Shown: positions 27,991-37,855, counted from the first letter of the stretch. The stretch is DNA of 39,636 nt from a virus (IMGVR_UViG_3300037991_006664:1-39636); one strand, 5' to 3'. A program made the numbers and translations. Notes: a model not told the origin generated them from the letters alone.

Positions 27991-29253
27991 TTATTTAATT
28001 ATACCAGCTAGTTTTTTAAATCTAGCTACCATCGCATCTGATTCAACTATTGGTTGTTTTGTTACAGGAACTTTTCCTGCTCTTGAAGCTGATCCTTTTA
28101 TTTTATTAACTGGGGAACTATCAATAATTCCTTCATTTAATGTATTAAAAATAGTTTTAGCTTCTTTAACATCCTTAGCTTTGTCGAATGCTTTTAATAC
28201 CTTAACTTTCTTGTTTTCAGTTAAGTTTTTAGCTTTAAAGATTTTGTTAGTATAAAGTAGTTTAGCGTTTAATAGATTAACCTCATTAACTTCTGATTTC
28301 AATTCATTAATTGAATCTAAAGCTTCTTTAAGATCTTCTTCCATTTTTCTCATCTTCTCAGTTTCAATTTCAGGTCTTGATTCCTTTTTGAACTTACCGC
28401 CCTTCTTTTCATCATCGCCTTTTCTTTGAACTGGTGAAGACATTTTTTCTTCTACTTTATCTTCCTTATCTTTGTGCATTCCTTCGTCAATTTCGACATC
28501 TACGTCTACGTCTTCTACGTCTTCGACTTCAATTTCGTCCTCAACAAAGTCATCACCTGGTTCAATTTCACCAGCTGACACCATGTCCTTAATTACATCC
28601 TCGATAAAGCCTTTAAGGTCGTCTTCTGACATGTCTTCAAGATCGATGTCTTCGTCATCCATTCTATCTTCCATATCTTCTTTCTCGTCTTTCATACCAT
28701 CAAGATAGCCTTCTTCTTCAGCATCAGTTCTAGCATCTTCCTTAACATCGTCTTTGTCATCTTTCATTTCTTCTTTGACATCGTCTTTGTCTTCGTCTTT
28801 TGCTTCTGATACTTTCATATCTTTAAGTTTGTCTTCGATATCATCTTTCGCATCTTCGAATCCATCCTTATAGCCTTCTTGTTCAGCATCTGTACGAGCG
28901 TCTTCCTTAACGTCTTCTTTATCCAATTCTGCAAGTAATTCGTCCAAGTTGATTTCTTCGTCAACTTTGTCATCTTTTTTAGATGAATGCATTCCTTCCT
29001 TTTTTACATCTTTGTCATCTTCTTCATACTTTTTAGACATTTCTTCTTTTTTAACGTCATCTTCTTCATACTTTTTACCGTATGCTTCGTCAACGTCTTC
29101 TTTGTCCATCTCTTCAAGTTTTGCAGATAACATAGATTTCAAATGAGGAGTAAATGCCTCTTCTAGTGCTAATTTAGCATTTGCAATAGCTACTTCTTTT
29201 ACAGATTTAGCATCAGCAATTGCTTCCTTAAGCAAATCTCTGTTTTTTGACAT
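27991..29253 (-). CDS. Prohead scaffold / core protein
   Basis: Very acidic, with a coiled-coil C-terminus, between protease and capsid genes. ATG at 29253 preferred over the GTG at 29259 in the ORF track. Confidence 0.8.
   Translation of the reverse strand: MSKNRDLLKEAIADAKSVKEVAIANAKLALEEAFTPHLKSMLSAKLEEMDKEDVDEAYGKKYEEDDVKKEEMSKKYEEDDKDVKKEGMHSSKKDDKVDEEINLDELLAELDKEDVKEDARTDAEQEGYKDGFEDAKDDIEDKLKDMKVSEAKDEDKDDVKEEMKDDKDDVKEDARTDAEEEGYLDGMKDEKEDMEDRMDDEDIDLEDMSEDDLKGFIEDVIKDMVSAGEIEPGDDFVEDEIEVEDVEDVDVDVEIDEGMHKDKEDKVEEKMSSPVQRKGDDEKKGGKFKKESRPEIETEKMRKMEEDLKEALDSINELKSEVNEVNLLNAKLLYTNKIFKAKNLTENKKVKVLKAFDKAKDVKEAKTIFNTLNEGIIDSSPVNKIKGSASRAGKVPVTKQPIVESDAMVARFKKLAGIIK
28680..28912 (-). 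repeat. Internal peptide repeat in scaffold gene
   Basis: DVKEDARTDAEQEGYKDG and DVKEDARTDAEEEGYLDG. KKYEEDD also occurs twice just upstream. Confidence 0.8.
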
Positions 29254-29277
29254 AATCACAAAATTTTTTTTGGGAAA

Positions 29278-29359
29278 TACGATTATTATAGAATCGTAAT
29301 AAGAAATTATACATTAATTAACATCATATAAATGATGATGTATTACGATTATACGTATA
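29278..29359 (-). promoter_or_regulatory. Structured leader and late promoter variant of scaffold/capsid operon
   Basis: Inverted repeats TACGATT/AATCGTA, ACATCAT/ATGATGT and AATCGTAAT/ATTACGATT. Promoter variant ATACGTATAA at 29349-29358. Confidence 0.5.
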
Positions 29360-29385
29360 TGAATATTTATAAAAATATAAGAAAA

Positions 29386-29994
29386 TTAATAAACTGGGCA
29401 AGAGCCTTTTGAACAAAGTATTTCTCTTACTACTTCGTTAACTTTAGTGTAATCATATATAAGGGTTTCTTTACCTTCTTTAATTACTTCGTGCATAAAT
29501 GATCCTGGGTTTGAAGGAGTAGATACAAAGTCCCAACATAATAATTCAAAATCATCCTGGACTTCCATAACATTACCTCTAGGTTCTAATGAACCCATAC
29601 CTCTAGATGATACACCTACTGTTACACCATTTTTAATTAGTTCTTTAAGTATATTTCCTGAGGGTGTAGGTAAAATTTCTATTTTACCCATTACATTATC
29701 TCCATCCCACCAAAAGTCATTTACTAAATGGGAAACATTTTTTAAATTAATAACCGAAGATTCTGGGTGGTCTAATTCTCCACATGATCTTCTTTCTTCA
29801 ACTATTTGTTTATACTTGTCTAACTCTCTATTCCATAAATCTTTAGAATAGTATCTACCATTACCATTTTTTACTTCGGCAGTAGCTAATATACCTTCTA
29901 CAAGTAAATTACCATTCTCCTTATTTATGTTTTCGTTTAATTGGGAAGGAGAAATTTTAACAGCGTGAGTTTCTATTAAAAGTTTTCTACTCAT
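29386..29994 (-). CDS. Prohead core protease (T4 gp21-like)
   Basis: 202 aa with KNGNGRYY, GELDHP, VSH, TPSGNI, GVSSRGMGS and DFVSTPS. Confidence 0.95.
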   Translation of the reverse strand: MSRKLLIETHAVKISPSQLNENINKENGNLLVEGILATAEVKNGNGRYYSKDLWNRELDKYKQIVEERRSCGELDHPESSVINLKNVSHLVNDFWWDGDNVMGKIEILPTPSGNILKELIKNGVTVGVSSRGMGSLEPRGNVMEVQDDFELLCWDFVSTPSNPGSFMHEVIKEGKETLIYDYTKVNEVVREILCSKGSCPVY

Positions 29995-29996
29995 TC

Positions 29997-31391
29997 TTAT
30001 TTATTTACAGCATATGCTGATGTTGATTGTCCTACTTTTTTAGGATCTCTTTCTCCTGCTGCTCCTCTAGTTGGGTTATTTTTTTCATTCCAGCTTACAG
30101 CATCCATTTCATCTACCATCTCTTTTCTTGAAAATTTCTTACCACAATGTTTTTCATACAATTTTTCCATTTTAGCTTTTCTTTTTTCTAAAAGCTTAAT
30201 TTCTTTTTGCATGTCCTTCATTTTCTTTTTATCTACTAATTCTTTTAAATTTTCATCTTCTTGAATTGAGCTTAATCTATTAATTTTTTCATCAATATGA
30301 TCGTGTAAGAATTCTAACTGAGCTTCCATTTTTGTAATTTCTGCTGCTTTACCAATTTCTGCTAATTTAGTTTCAATATTTTCTTTTTTAGGTTTTTTCT
30401 TAGCCATTGATCTTTTAATAGCTTTATCTCTAGCAGCTAAATAATCATCAGAATCAATATCTCCATCACCATCATGATCTTTTTTCTCATCTAATGCAAC
30501 ATCAGTATCTTTATAAGATACATTAGTACCCTCATCTTCTTTAACTTCATTTTCTGCATATAATGAGTTGTGGTATTGTGAACCTGCTTCATCTGCTTTA
30601 AATTCACCGGCTTCAGCCATCATTTGTCTAATTACTTCACCTGACATAGCTGCTAATGAATTAGAATTTCCAGTGGTTACAACACCACCTATAGCTCCTA
30701 ACTTATCTAAAGATTCTTTTATAGGTTCCATTTGATCACTTCCTTCTTTTAATTTTTCACTATATCCACTAGCTGCATGATCTCCATCTACTACTTCTGT
30801 TTTAGGTTGTTCATACCCAACACCTACACCAAATTGTCCTTCTTTAACATAGTGTAAAGGATCTTTTACTAGATTTTTTATAGCTAATTCTTGTAATTCT
30901 TTTAAACCTAATTCTGGGTTGCTTTTAGATTCATAGTAAACACCATTTAATAATTCTTGAGCATTAACATTATTAATATTTTCTACATTAGTATCATAGT
31001 CGTAGTTACGGCTTTCTATATTTTCAACAGATTTTGATACTTTTTTGGAATCAGCTTTAATTTTTTCTTCTTCTTCTTTAGTATTGACTTTTTTATCATC
31101 ATTAATTAAAGGCTGTAGTGGGTTTTCTTTTTCATTTAAAAACTGTTTAAATTTATTTTCCCAATTTTCTTTTTTAGAAAGTGAATCAATTTTAGTTATT
31201 GGTTTTAGGTCAACGTATCCTCCTACATTTTCGTTAATTATCCCTTTATTTTTTAGGATTTTTGTAGTGTTATCAAAATTAAGAGAATTATTTAAAAGAT
31301 TAGGATATCTAGATTTTGCATCTTTCATAAATACATCTTTATGTCCTTTACCCTCTGTTATTAAGTTATATTGTTCTTGTAATGACTTCAT
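29997..31391 (-). CDS. Charged head-interior protein (hypothetical)
   Basis: 464 aa between portal and protease, many [ILV]xE sites, NLVKDPLHY, EF-hand-like DHDGDGDIDSDD and a C-terminal coiled coil. Confidence 0.6.
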   Translation of the reverse strand: MKSLQEQYNLITEGKGHKDVFMKDAKSRYPNLLNNSLNFDNTTKILKNKGIINENVGGYVDLKPITKIDSLSKKENWENKFKQFLNEKENPLQPLINDDKKVNTKEEEEKIKADSKKVSKSVENIESRNYDYDTNVENINNVNAQELLNGVYYESKSNPELGLKELQELAIKNLVKDPLHYVKEGQFGVGVGYEQPKTEVVDGDHAASGYSEKLKEGSDQMEPIKESLDKLGAIGGVVTTGNSNSLAAMSGEVIRQMMAEAGEFKADEAGSQYHNSLYAENEVKEDEGTNVSYKDTDVALDEKKDHDGDGDIDSDDYLAARDKAIKRSMAKKKPKKENIETKLAEIGKAAEITKMEAQLEFLHDHIDEKINRLSSIQEDENLKELVDKKKMKDMQKEIKLLEKRKAKMEKLYEKHCGKKFSRKEMVDEMDAVSWNEKNNPTRGAAGERDPKKVGQSTSAYAVNK

Positions 31392-31396
31392 GTTTA

Positions 31397-31645
31397 TTAT
31401 TCTTTATTATTTTTTAATAGTGTTTCTATATCACTAATATAATCATTAATTAAATCAGTTCCAGTAACTACTGAAAAACTGTTTGGATTATCTCTATAAT
31501 ATTTTATAGTATTTATTTTAGCTAACCTCAATGGTTTTTTTATAGCTTCCAAACGTTTTTCTATTTCATCAAAAGCATTTATTCGCTTTTCTTGAAATTT
31601 TTCAACTTTACTTTCTACTTCTTTTACTAATGTATATTTATACAT
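31397..31645 (-). CDS. Hypothetical protein (head module)
   Basis: 82 aa, tightly packed in the operon, N-terminus MYKYTLVKE. Confidence 0.6.
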   Translation of the reverse strand: MYKYTLVKEVESKVEKFQEKRINAFDEIEKRLEAIKKPLRLAKINTIKYYRDNPNSFSVVTGTDLINDYISDIETLLKNNKE

Positions 31646-31664
31646 ATTGACTCTTTTTGAATAG

Positions 31665-33071
31665 TTAAAATAATTTATTTACTTCAAGTCCCGAGCCTTT
31701 TATTTTTTTAGGTACTAACTTATACTTAAAAGCTTTTACATAATAGTTATCATTTACCCCATCTTCACTTGCTTTTGGTCCAGGACCTAAATCTGCACCA
31801 TCTCCGTATGCTTCCTTTGTTATTGCTTTATCAATTACTTTAGCCTGTTTATCATGTGCTTTGACTGATTTTTTAAGTTGTGAAGATACTTTTTTAAGTT
31901 TGTTTATTTCGGATTTAGTTAATTCTTTTTCATTAACTGGTTTATATCCTAATTCTTTATAAGCTTTATCATTTGGTTTTTGTCCTTTTAATCTAAATGC
32001 ATAAGGTGTTGCATACTGACCACCTATTCCAGGTGTAAATGTTGCTTGACTAGCTGCTCCACCTCCTGTCATTGATACTTCTTCTATGCCATCTTCATAA
32101 TATTCTTCATCCTCTTCATACTCATCATCTTCATAGAAGTCATAATCATCTTCTTCATCATACTCATCATCTTCAAATTCAGATTCAAAATCAAACATTT
32201 CTTTTTTTAATGGAGTATATTCATCTATAGGAGTAGCTTCAACGTGATCTAATATTTTTTCTAAAGCAAATTTAATTAATCTTTCATATCCTTCCTCAGG
32301 TGCATCTATTGCTTTATTAAATGTCATTTTTAAAGTAGATTGTAAATCAAAAGGAATTTGGTCTGAATTAACTAAAAATGAATGAGCTGGACCTGCCGTT
32401 TCAGCTCCGTATCCTTTATAAAAATAATCACCATCATTATAAAATCTATAAAGTAATCTATTAATAGCTCTTATCAATTCTCCTTCTACTGTTTCTGCCG
32501 CACCACTTGCTGGTACTAACTGTTTAAATAGTTCATCACTTCTTTTTTCTAATTCACCACCTACAAATTCTTTCATTAAGTCAGGACCTGCTGGTGTGTC
32601 TCCTACTACACCATCTTCACCATATCCACAGGTACCTTCTTTTACTTTTTCTTCTTTATCCAAGTCTAAAATACCCTTACTATACATTTCTCCAATTCTA
32701 GTAATTCTTTTATATTGATCTGGGTATTCATTTCTTAAATGGGTTCTAATTGCATTTCTTAGTTTACGAGCACTTTCGTAAAACTCTCTAAATTTTGGAT
32801 CATCCTTAGTTTTAACATAAACTCTTTTAGACACATCAACTAAATCATCCATCTCATCATATAATTTTTCAAAACCAGGTAATTGGGTTATTTTCCAACT
32901 TACTTGTCCTGTTACAGGATCAATATTAGTTATTTCTGATTTTCTTTGTCCATCGTCACTAAAAGTTACCTGTCCGACTTTAAATTTTCTTTCAGGTATT
33001 CCTAGTTCTTTTGATGCTTCTTTAGCCGATGCTTTTTTGGCTAATTCGGAAAGTTTATATCTGTACGCCAT
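31665..33071 (-). CDS. Modular head-interior protein (hypothetical)
   Basis: 468 aa with an acidic tract, a central LVPASGAAETVEGELIRA...YNDGD domain and a GQYATPYAF motif. Confidence 0.6.
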   Translation of the reverse strand: MAYRYKLSELAKKASAKEASKELGIPERKFKVGQVTFSDDGQRKSEITNIDPVTGQVSWKITQLPGFEKLYDEMDDLVDVSKRVYVKTKDDPKFREFYESARKLRNAIRTHLRNEYPDQYKRITRIGEMYSKGILDLDKEEKVKEGTCGYGEDGVVGDTPAGPDLMKEFVGGELEKRSDELFKQLVPASGAAETVEGELIRAINRLLYRFYNDGDYFYKGYGAETAGPAHSFLVNSDQIPFDLQSTLKMTFNKAIDAPEEGYERLIKFALEKILDHVEATPIDEYTPLKKEMFDFESEFEDDEYDEEDDYDFYEDDEYEEDEEYYEDGIEEVSMTGGGAASQATFTPGIGGQYATPYAFRLKGQKPNDKAYKELGYKPVNEKELTKSEINKLKKVSSQLKKSVKAHDKQAKVIDKAITKEAYGDGADLGPGPKASEDGVNDNYYVKAFKYKLVPKKIKGSGLEVNKLF

Positions 33072-33918
33072 TTGCTACTTTTATTTCTTTTACTAGTTCA
33101 TAATAACGTAACAAATCAACTAAATTATCATCACCAACTTTTGAAGATTTATCTAATTCAGTTAAATACTTAGAAACTTCTTTAATTTTTATAGCAGTTG
33201 CTTTATCTTTTATATTTTTATTTTCTTTAACTAAAGAATCTCTTAATTCATTAACTTTTGAATTATAAAAATTTCTTAATCTTGGAGCAGAATCAACTGA
33301 GTTTATGAATTCTTTTAGAACTTGTTTTTGTTCTTTAGATAAATGTTGATACTTATCATTAAATCTTTCTAATAAAACTTTATAAGTTAATATTCTAGTA
33401 TCTTTATCGTAATTAGAAAATTCTTCAATTAATGTTTGTTTTTTTTCTTCAGATACTTCCTGCTTAGTTAAAAATTCTAATAAAGTAACTTTATTATCAA
33501 CTAATTGTTGAGTATCACTTATATTTTTACTATTATACCCTTCAATTAAAGTATATAAAGCAGCTAACTCTTTATAATTTTTAATTTTAGAAGAGAAAAA
33601 TTCTTCAACTTTATAGTTATCCTTTATTTCTCTAATTAATTGATATTTTTGGTTTCTTAGTTGTCCCTTATTTAATTTTTTAGACGCATCTAAAGCAGTT
33701 GTAATAAACACATTAGCTCTACTTTCATTTAAAACTTTAGATTTTAATATAGTTTCATATAACTTATATTCACGACCTAATTCTGTTTTAACAAAAAATT
33801 TCTTTAGTATGTCTATTGCCGGGGAATTATCTCCTTTTAAAGTATCTGCTGTTATTTGTCTTACTAACAGTTCGAAAAGGATACCAGGATTTTTGTACTT
33901 TGAGTGTTTTATTTTCAT
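33055..33918 (-). CDS. Conserved-looking head-module protein (hypothetical)
   Basis: 287 aa helical protein after the portal, starting KHSKYKNPGILFELLVRQIT. Has its own late motif. Confidence 0.65.
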   Translation of the reverse strand: MKIKHSKYKNPGILFELLVRQITADTLKGDNSPAIDILKKFFVKTELGREYKLYETILKSKVLNESRANVFITTALDASKKLNKGQLRNQKYQLIREIKDNYKVEEFFSSKIKNYKELAALYTLIEGYNSKNISDTQQLVDNKVTLLEFLTKQEVSEEKKQTLIEEFSNYDKDTRILTYKVLLERFNDKYQHLSKEQKQVLKEFINSVDSAPRLRNFYNSKVNELRDSLVKENKNIKDKATAIKIKEVSKYLTELDKSSKVGDDNLVDLLRYYELVKEIKVANGVQI

Positions 33919-33934
33919 TAAAAAATATATTTAT

Positions 33935-33944
33935 TTATAAATAT
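33935..33944 (-). promoter_or_regulatory. Putative late promoter (ATATTTATAA)
   Basis: Core motif upstream of the start at 33918. Confidence 0.65.
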
Positions 33945-33954
33945 TAGACTTTTT

Positions 33955-35847
33955 TTACTCTTTCAATTGTGAATCATCTAATAATTTAGAATCATCTTTA
34001 TCTTCTTCAAATATTAATTTTTTCTTATTTAAAGATTTAAATATGTCCTTATTTTTTAAATAAGCCATTTTTGCACTTTCAAGAGTAGGTCTTAAACTAT
34101 CACCATCATTTTTATCTTTATCTTTCATTCTTTTAACACCTAATCTATCTTTTCCAAAATTATCGTCTTGAGTATTTCTTTTTACTTGTTGCTTTTGAGG
34201 GCGACCTAATGCAGGATCATCTTTAGCATATTCTTCTGGTTTAGGTACTCCTCCGGGATTTGTATACATTCTTCCTTTACCATATAATGAAGCTAAATCA
34301 TGTGGTGTACCATAAGATTTACCTGTTTCAACTGGGTCATTACCTTCTGCTTCTATTTGAGCATTTCTAAATTGACGTTTAGAATCTTCTCTAACTAAGT
34401 CTCTATATTCTTCAACTTCACCATCACTAAAGTGATATAAATTATCATAAATCCAATCTGAAGGTACTAATTTTTGTTCTAATAACTGTCCCGATAGTTC
34501 AGCTTTAGATTTTAATAATTCCATCTTTTCTTGTTCATATATAATTGATGGAGTAGTCATATCTAAAGTAAAGTTTGTTAACTTTTCATCAGTATAACCT
34601 TGAGTATATAAATGTACTAATGCAATTTTATTTAATTCTGATAGTACTATTTTTTGAATTCTATCAATAGTACGAGCAAATCTAATATCTTCAGCAGCTA
34701 ATGTTGCTTTACCTTCTATATTTTCATCATATCCTAAAAATGCTTTAGGAATTTTAAGTGCTGCGAATAATTTATTTCTTAAATATTCTACATCTTGGAT
34801 ACCATCATAATCTAATCCTTTTGTAGTATCTATTCTAGTTGTAGTGTCATTACCTCTTACTGGGATGTAAAAATCTTCTAACATGTTTTGCATGTTATAT
34901 TTTAAATTATATTCACCTGTATCTTCATCTAAATAAGGAGTACGTTTCATTTGTGAAATAGTTTTTTGCATAAATGCTTCTATTTCATTTGGAGGTATAG
35001 CTCCAACATTCATATAAAATACTCTTTTTTCTGGGGCGCGAGCAATTCTATGAATTAACATTGCATCTTCCATCAATGTATATTGTTTAAATAATTTTCT
35101 AGCTGGTTCTAAATAACTTCTTCCATAAGGTAAATAATTTACATCAGATATTAATCTAAAATGAGCCATTTCATAATTATCAAAGAAAATACCATTATCA
35201 TCAGCTCCTCCTATTCCATACCCTGTACCATACATCCCCGTACTATCACTAAGAATACCATCAGGGCTAAATTTAAATCTTATATCTGATGGGTTTTCTT
35301 CATTAAATCCTTCTTGTCTTTCAATATGGAAAGCTGTATAAGGTATTACATTATAGACTCCATATTTTTCTGCTATTTCTAATTTTAGGAAAAAGTCACC
35401 ATATTTACACATTTGTCTAATCCAAGCCCATAAATTAAATTCAATGTTTAAAACATCATAAAATAAATTATATAATATTTTTTGTATGTCTTCATTTGAA
35501 CTCCTAATTTGAAGTACTTCTCCCATATCATTTTTCAATGTAGATTCATCAGATACAATATCTAATGCTGAAGCACATATTGCATCCGAATCCATAACAT
35601 CATATTCTGAGTATAGTTGTGGTCTTAACCATTGATAATTAAAACTAAATTGTCTACCTAATAATGATGTAGGTGTTGTAGTATAAATTCTATTATATCT
35701 ATCTACTAATGAATTAGTACTAATATCACCCATTTGTTGAATAGTACTAGTATCTATTGTCTTTATTTGATTTCCTCCAACGTTCCTTATAATAACGTCA
35801 GTTGAAAATAATCTTCTTAATCTTGAAAATATGCTTTTATCAGCCAT
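33955..35847 (-). CDS. Portal protein (T4 gp20-like)
   Basis: 630 aa with LMEDAMLIHRIARAPEKRVFY, MLEDFYIP, DVEYLRNKLFAALKIP and EDIRFAR.I.RIQ. Confidence 0.95.
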   Translation of the reverse strand: MADKSIFSRLRRLFSTDVIIRNVGGNQIKTIDTSTIQQMGDISTNSLVDRYNRIYTTTPTSLLGRQFSFNYQWLRPQLYSEYDVMDSDAICASALDIVSDESTLKNDMGEVLQIRSSNEDIQKILYNLFYDVLNIEFNLWAWIRQMCKYGDFFLKLEIAEKYGVYNVIPYTAFHIERQEGFNEENPSDIRFKFSPDGILSDSTGMYGTGYGIGGADDNGIFFDNYEMAHFRLISDVNYLPYGRSYLEPARKLFKQYTLMEDAMLIHRIARAPEKRVFYMNVGAIPPNEIEAFMQKTISQMKRTPYLDEDTGEYNLKYNMQNMLEDFYIPVRGNDTTTRIDTTKGLDYDGIQDVEYLRNKLFAALKIPKAFLGYDENIEGKATLAAEDIRFARTIDRIQKIVLSELNKIALVHLYTQGYTDEKLTNFTLDMTTPSIIYEQEKMELLKSKAELSGQLLEQKLVPSDWIYDNLYHFSDGEVEEYRDLVREDSKRQFRNAQIEAEGNDPVETGKSYGTPHDLASLYGKGRMYTNPGGVPKPEEYAKDDPALGRPQKQQVKRNTQDDNFGKDRLGVKRMKDKDKNDGDSLRPTLESAKMAYLKNKDIFKSLNKKKLIFEEDKDDSKLLDDSQLKE

Positions 35848-35865
35848 ATTGGTATATAGTTATTG

Positions 35866-35875
35866 TTATAAATAT
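35866..35875 (-). promoter_or_regulatory. Putative late promoter (ATATTTATAA)
   Basis: Core motif between terminase and portal genes. Confidence 0.65.
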
Positions 35876-35877
35876 TA

Positions 35878-37446
35878 TCATAGAAGCCAACTAATGTCTT
35901 CTTTTCCTTTTTTTGTTTTTATATGGTAAGGATTGTCTTCACCTTTAGAAAAGTAACTACCTTGATATGGAGTTCTGTTAACTTTCATATTGGTTAAAGA
36001 TTGTTTTGTTATATCCAATCCTCTCTGTCTAAATTTTAATGCTGTGTCTCTAATGTACATAGCAATGCCAAAAGCCATTACTAAATCATCATTATAACCT
36101 GATTGGGCTTCTGGTCTACCATTTCTCCAAATAAATGTTTTCATTTCTTCTATTAATCTTTTGGATTGAAATGTTACTCCTTTATCACTTAAATATTCTT
36201 GAAATTTCCCAATTACCATTGGTCTTGTTCTAGATGACATTGTAAAACCAGGAACCATTCTTGAATTATCTTGGTATTTATCAAAATAAGAATTTACATT
36301 AGGTTGATCTGATTTTGGAGAATAATATAAATTAGGGTAATTTCTATCAATCGCAACTTGTATAGTTGCCCATCCTATATTAGCATTTTCTATCACTAAC
36401 ATTGCCTCATTATATTCTGTAGCTATTCCTACTAATAAGTGTCCATATTCTTTTGTGCCTAATTGTCCTTTATACTCAGCTACCTGTACGTTATTGGCTA
36501 CATCTATTACATGAAATGCAGAATAATCTTTACCATCACCTCTAGAAACATCAGCTACTACTATATAATCTCTAGTATAATCAGGTGATTCCCAAACCCA
36601 TAAATTTTGATCTGTACCTCTTCTTTCTAAAGGATCTTTAATGTATGTTTTTTCAAAATATTCTAAATACTCAGGATAAAATACTATATCACCAGAAGTA
36701 CTAAAATCACAGTCACATTCCTGAGCTGCCATTCTAGGGTCTCCTAATAATTCATCCTGTTTTTTTCTCCAAGCTTCATTTCGCTCAGGATGAACATACC
36801 AAGGTAATTTTATAGGTAAAAAATCATTTTCGGCAGCTTCTGCTCTTGTCCATGTTTGATGAAACCAATTACCAGTACCATAAGGTGTACTTAATGCTAT
36901 ACAACCACCCCCAGTAGCAAGTGTTTGTTGAGCTGATGCCCATATTTCTCCAATATTATCAATAAAAGCTGCCTCATCAATTAATAGTAAGGATACTGCT
37001 TCTGATCTACCTGCATCACTACTTGCTGATGTTGCTTTAATTTGGGACCCATTTACTAATCTTAGATTTAATTTATTATTTTCGGCCGCATCTACTTTTA
37101 ACCAAGAAGGTAAATTATCATACATAAATTTAACCTTAGTTACCATATTTTTAGCCGTTTCTTGTTTTGTAGCTATACATAAAATATTTTTATCTTTAAA
37201 AAATAACATCATCCATAGGGAGTAACCAGCAGATAAAGTCGATAATCCTAATTGTCTAGATTTAAGAACAATAGAATAAGGATTATCTCTAAATAATTTT
37301 AATACTTTTTCCTGGAATGGATATAAGTTAAATTGAATTCTTCCTCTTTGTGGATGTTGAATAAAACAGTACTTACGCATAAAATGTACTGGGTCTTTAG
37401 CACATTTAAGGTATTCCTGTCTTATTACTTTTTTTAAATCCGACAT
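35878..37446 (-). CDS. terL: Terminase large subunit (T4 gp17-like)
   Basis: 522 aa with LYPFQ, KSRQLGLST, LLLIDEAAFI, STPYG, QECDCDF, ADVSRGDGKDYS and NDDLVMA. Confidence 0.96.
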   Translation of the reverse strand: MSDLKKVIRQEYLKCAKDPVHFMRKYCFIQHPQRGRIQFNLYPFQEKVLKLFRDNPYSIVLKSRQLGLSTLSAGYSLWMMLFFKDKNILCIATKQETAKNMVTKVKFMYDNLPSWLKVDAAENNKLNLRLVNGSQIKATSASSDAGRSEAVSLLLIDEAAFIDNIGEIWASAQQTLATGGGCIALSTPYGTGNWFHQTWTRAEAAENDFLPIKLPWYVHPERNEAWRKKQDELLGDPRMAAQECDCDFSTSGDIVFYPEYLEYFEKTYIKDPLERRGTDQNLWVWESPDYTRDYIVVADVSRGDGKDYSAFHVIDVANNVQVAEYKGQLGTKEYGHLLVGIATEYNEAMLVIENANIGWATIQVAIDRNYPNLYYSPKSDQPNVNSYFDKYQDNSRMVPGFTMSSRTRPMVIGKFQEYLSDKGVTFQSKRLIEEMKTFIWRNGRPEAQSGYNDDLVMAFGIAMYIRDTALKFRQRGLDITKQSLTNMKVNRTPYQGSYFSKGEDNPYHIKTKKGKEDISWLL

Positions 37447-37447
37447 A

Positions 37448-37855
37448 CTAATTTGCTACTAATAAAATTATTCCACCTATTATTGCAGCTCCAGTTCCAT
37501 ATTGGAATAATCTTGTTTTTGCTTTTTGTTTTTTTAGATCTGCTTGAAGTTTTTCAGACAGGTTTCGTGATATTTCTAATTGATTGCTTTTAGTATCTAA
37601 AATATTTCTGAAATTTAAAACACTTTCATCTAAATTTTGAATAATACTATCCTTTAAATTTAATTTTACTTCTAATAAATTAATTTTATTATTAACTAAA
37701 GATAATTCTTCTAAAGCTCCATCTCCAGCTAGTAAATCTTTAATTACCAGACGAGCTATCGGCTTTTTTAATTGAATCGATGTGTCTATATCGTTCTGTG
37801 AAAAACCTTTCAAGCTCATCATCATTAAAATTATCAACGGAATTAATTTTCTCAT
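37448..37855 (-). CDS. Exported coiled-coil protein with C-terminal membrane anchor (possible lysis accessory)
   Basis: 135 aa with signal-like MRKLIPLIILMMMSLKGFS|Q, a coiled coil and a C-terminal hydrophobic GAAIIGGIILLVA. No Cys. Confidence 0.6.
   Translation of the reverse strand: MRKLIPLIILMMMSLKGFSQNDIDTSIQLKKPIARLVIKDLLAGDGALEELSLVNNKINLLEVKLNLKDSIIQNLDESVLNFRNILDTKSNQLEISRNLSEKLQADLKKQKAKTRLFQYGTGAAIIGGIILLVAN

Noticed and set aside
28400-29100. Repeats in scaffold gene as a CRISPR array or DGR
   Set aside because: They are in-frame, codon-degenerate peptide repeats with no spacers, and no cas or reverse transcriptase gene is present.
35878-37446. Inactive terminase (Walker A reads RQLGLST without GK) or intein/intron insertion
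   Set aside because: Deviant Walker A motifs with an upstream Lys are known in terminases. The other motifs are intact and the length is normal.
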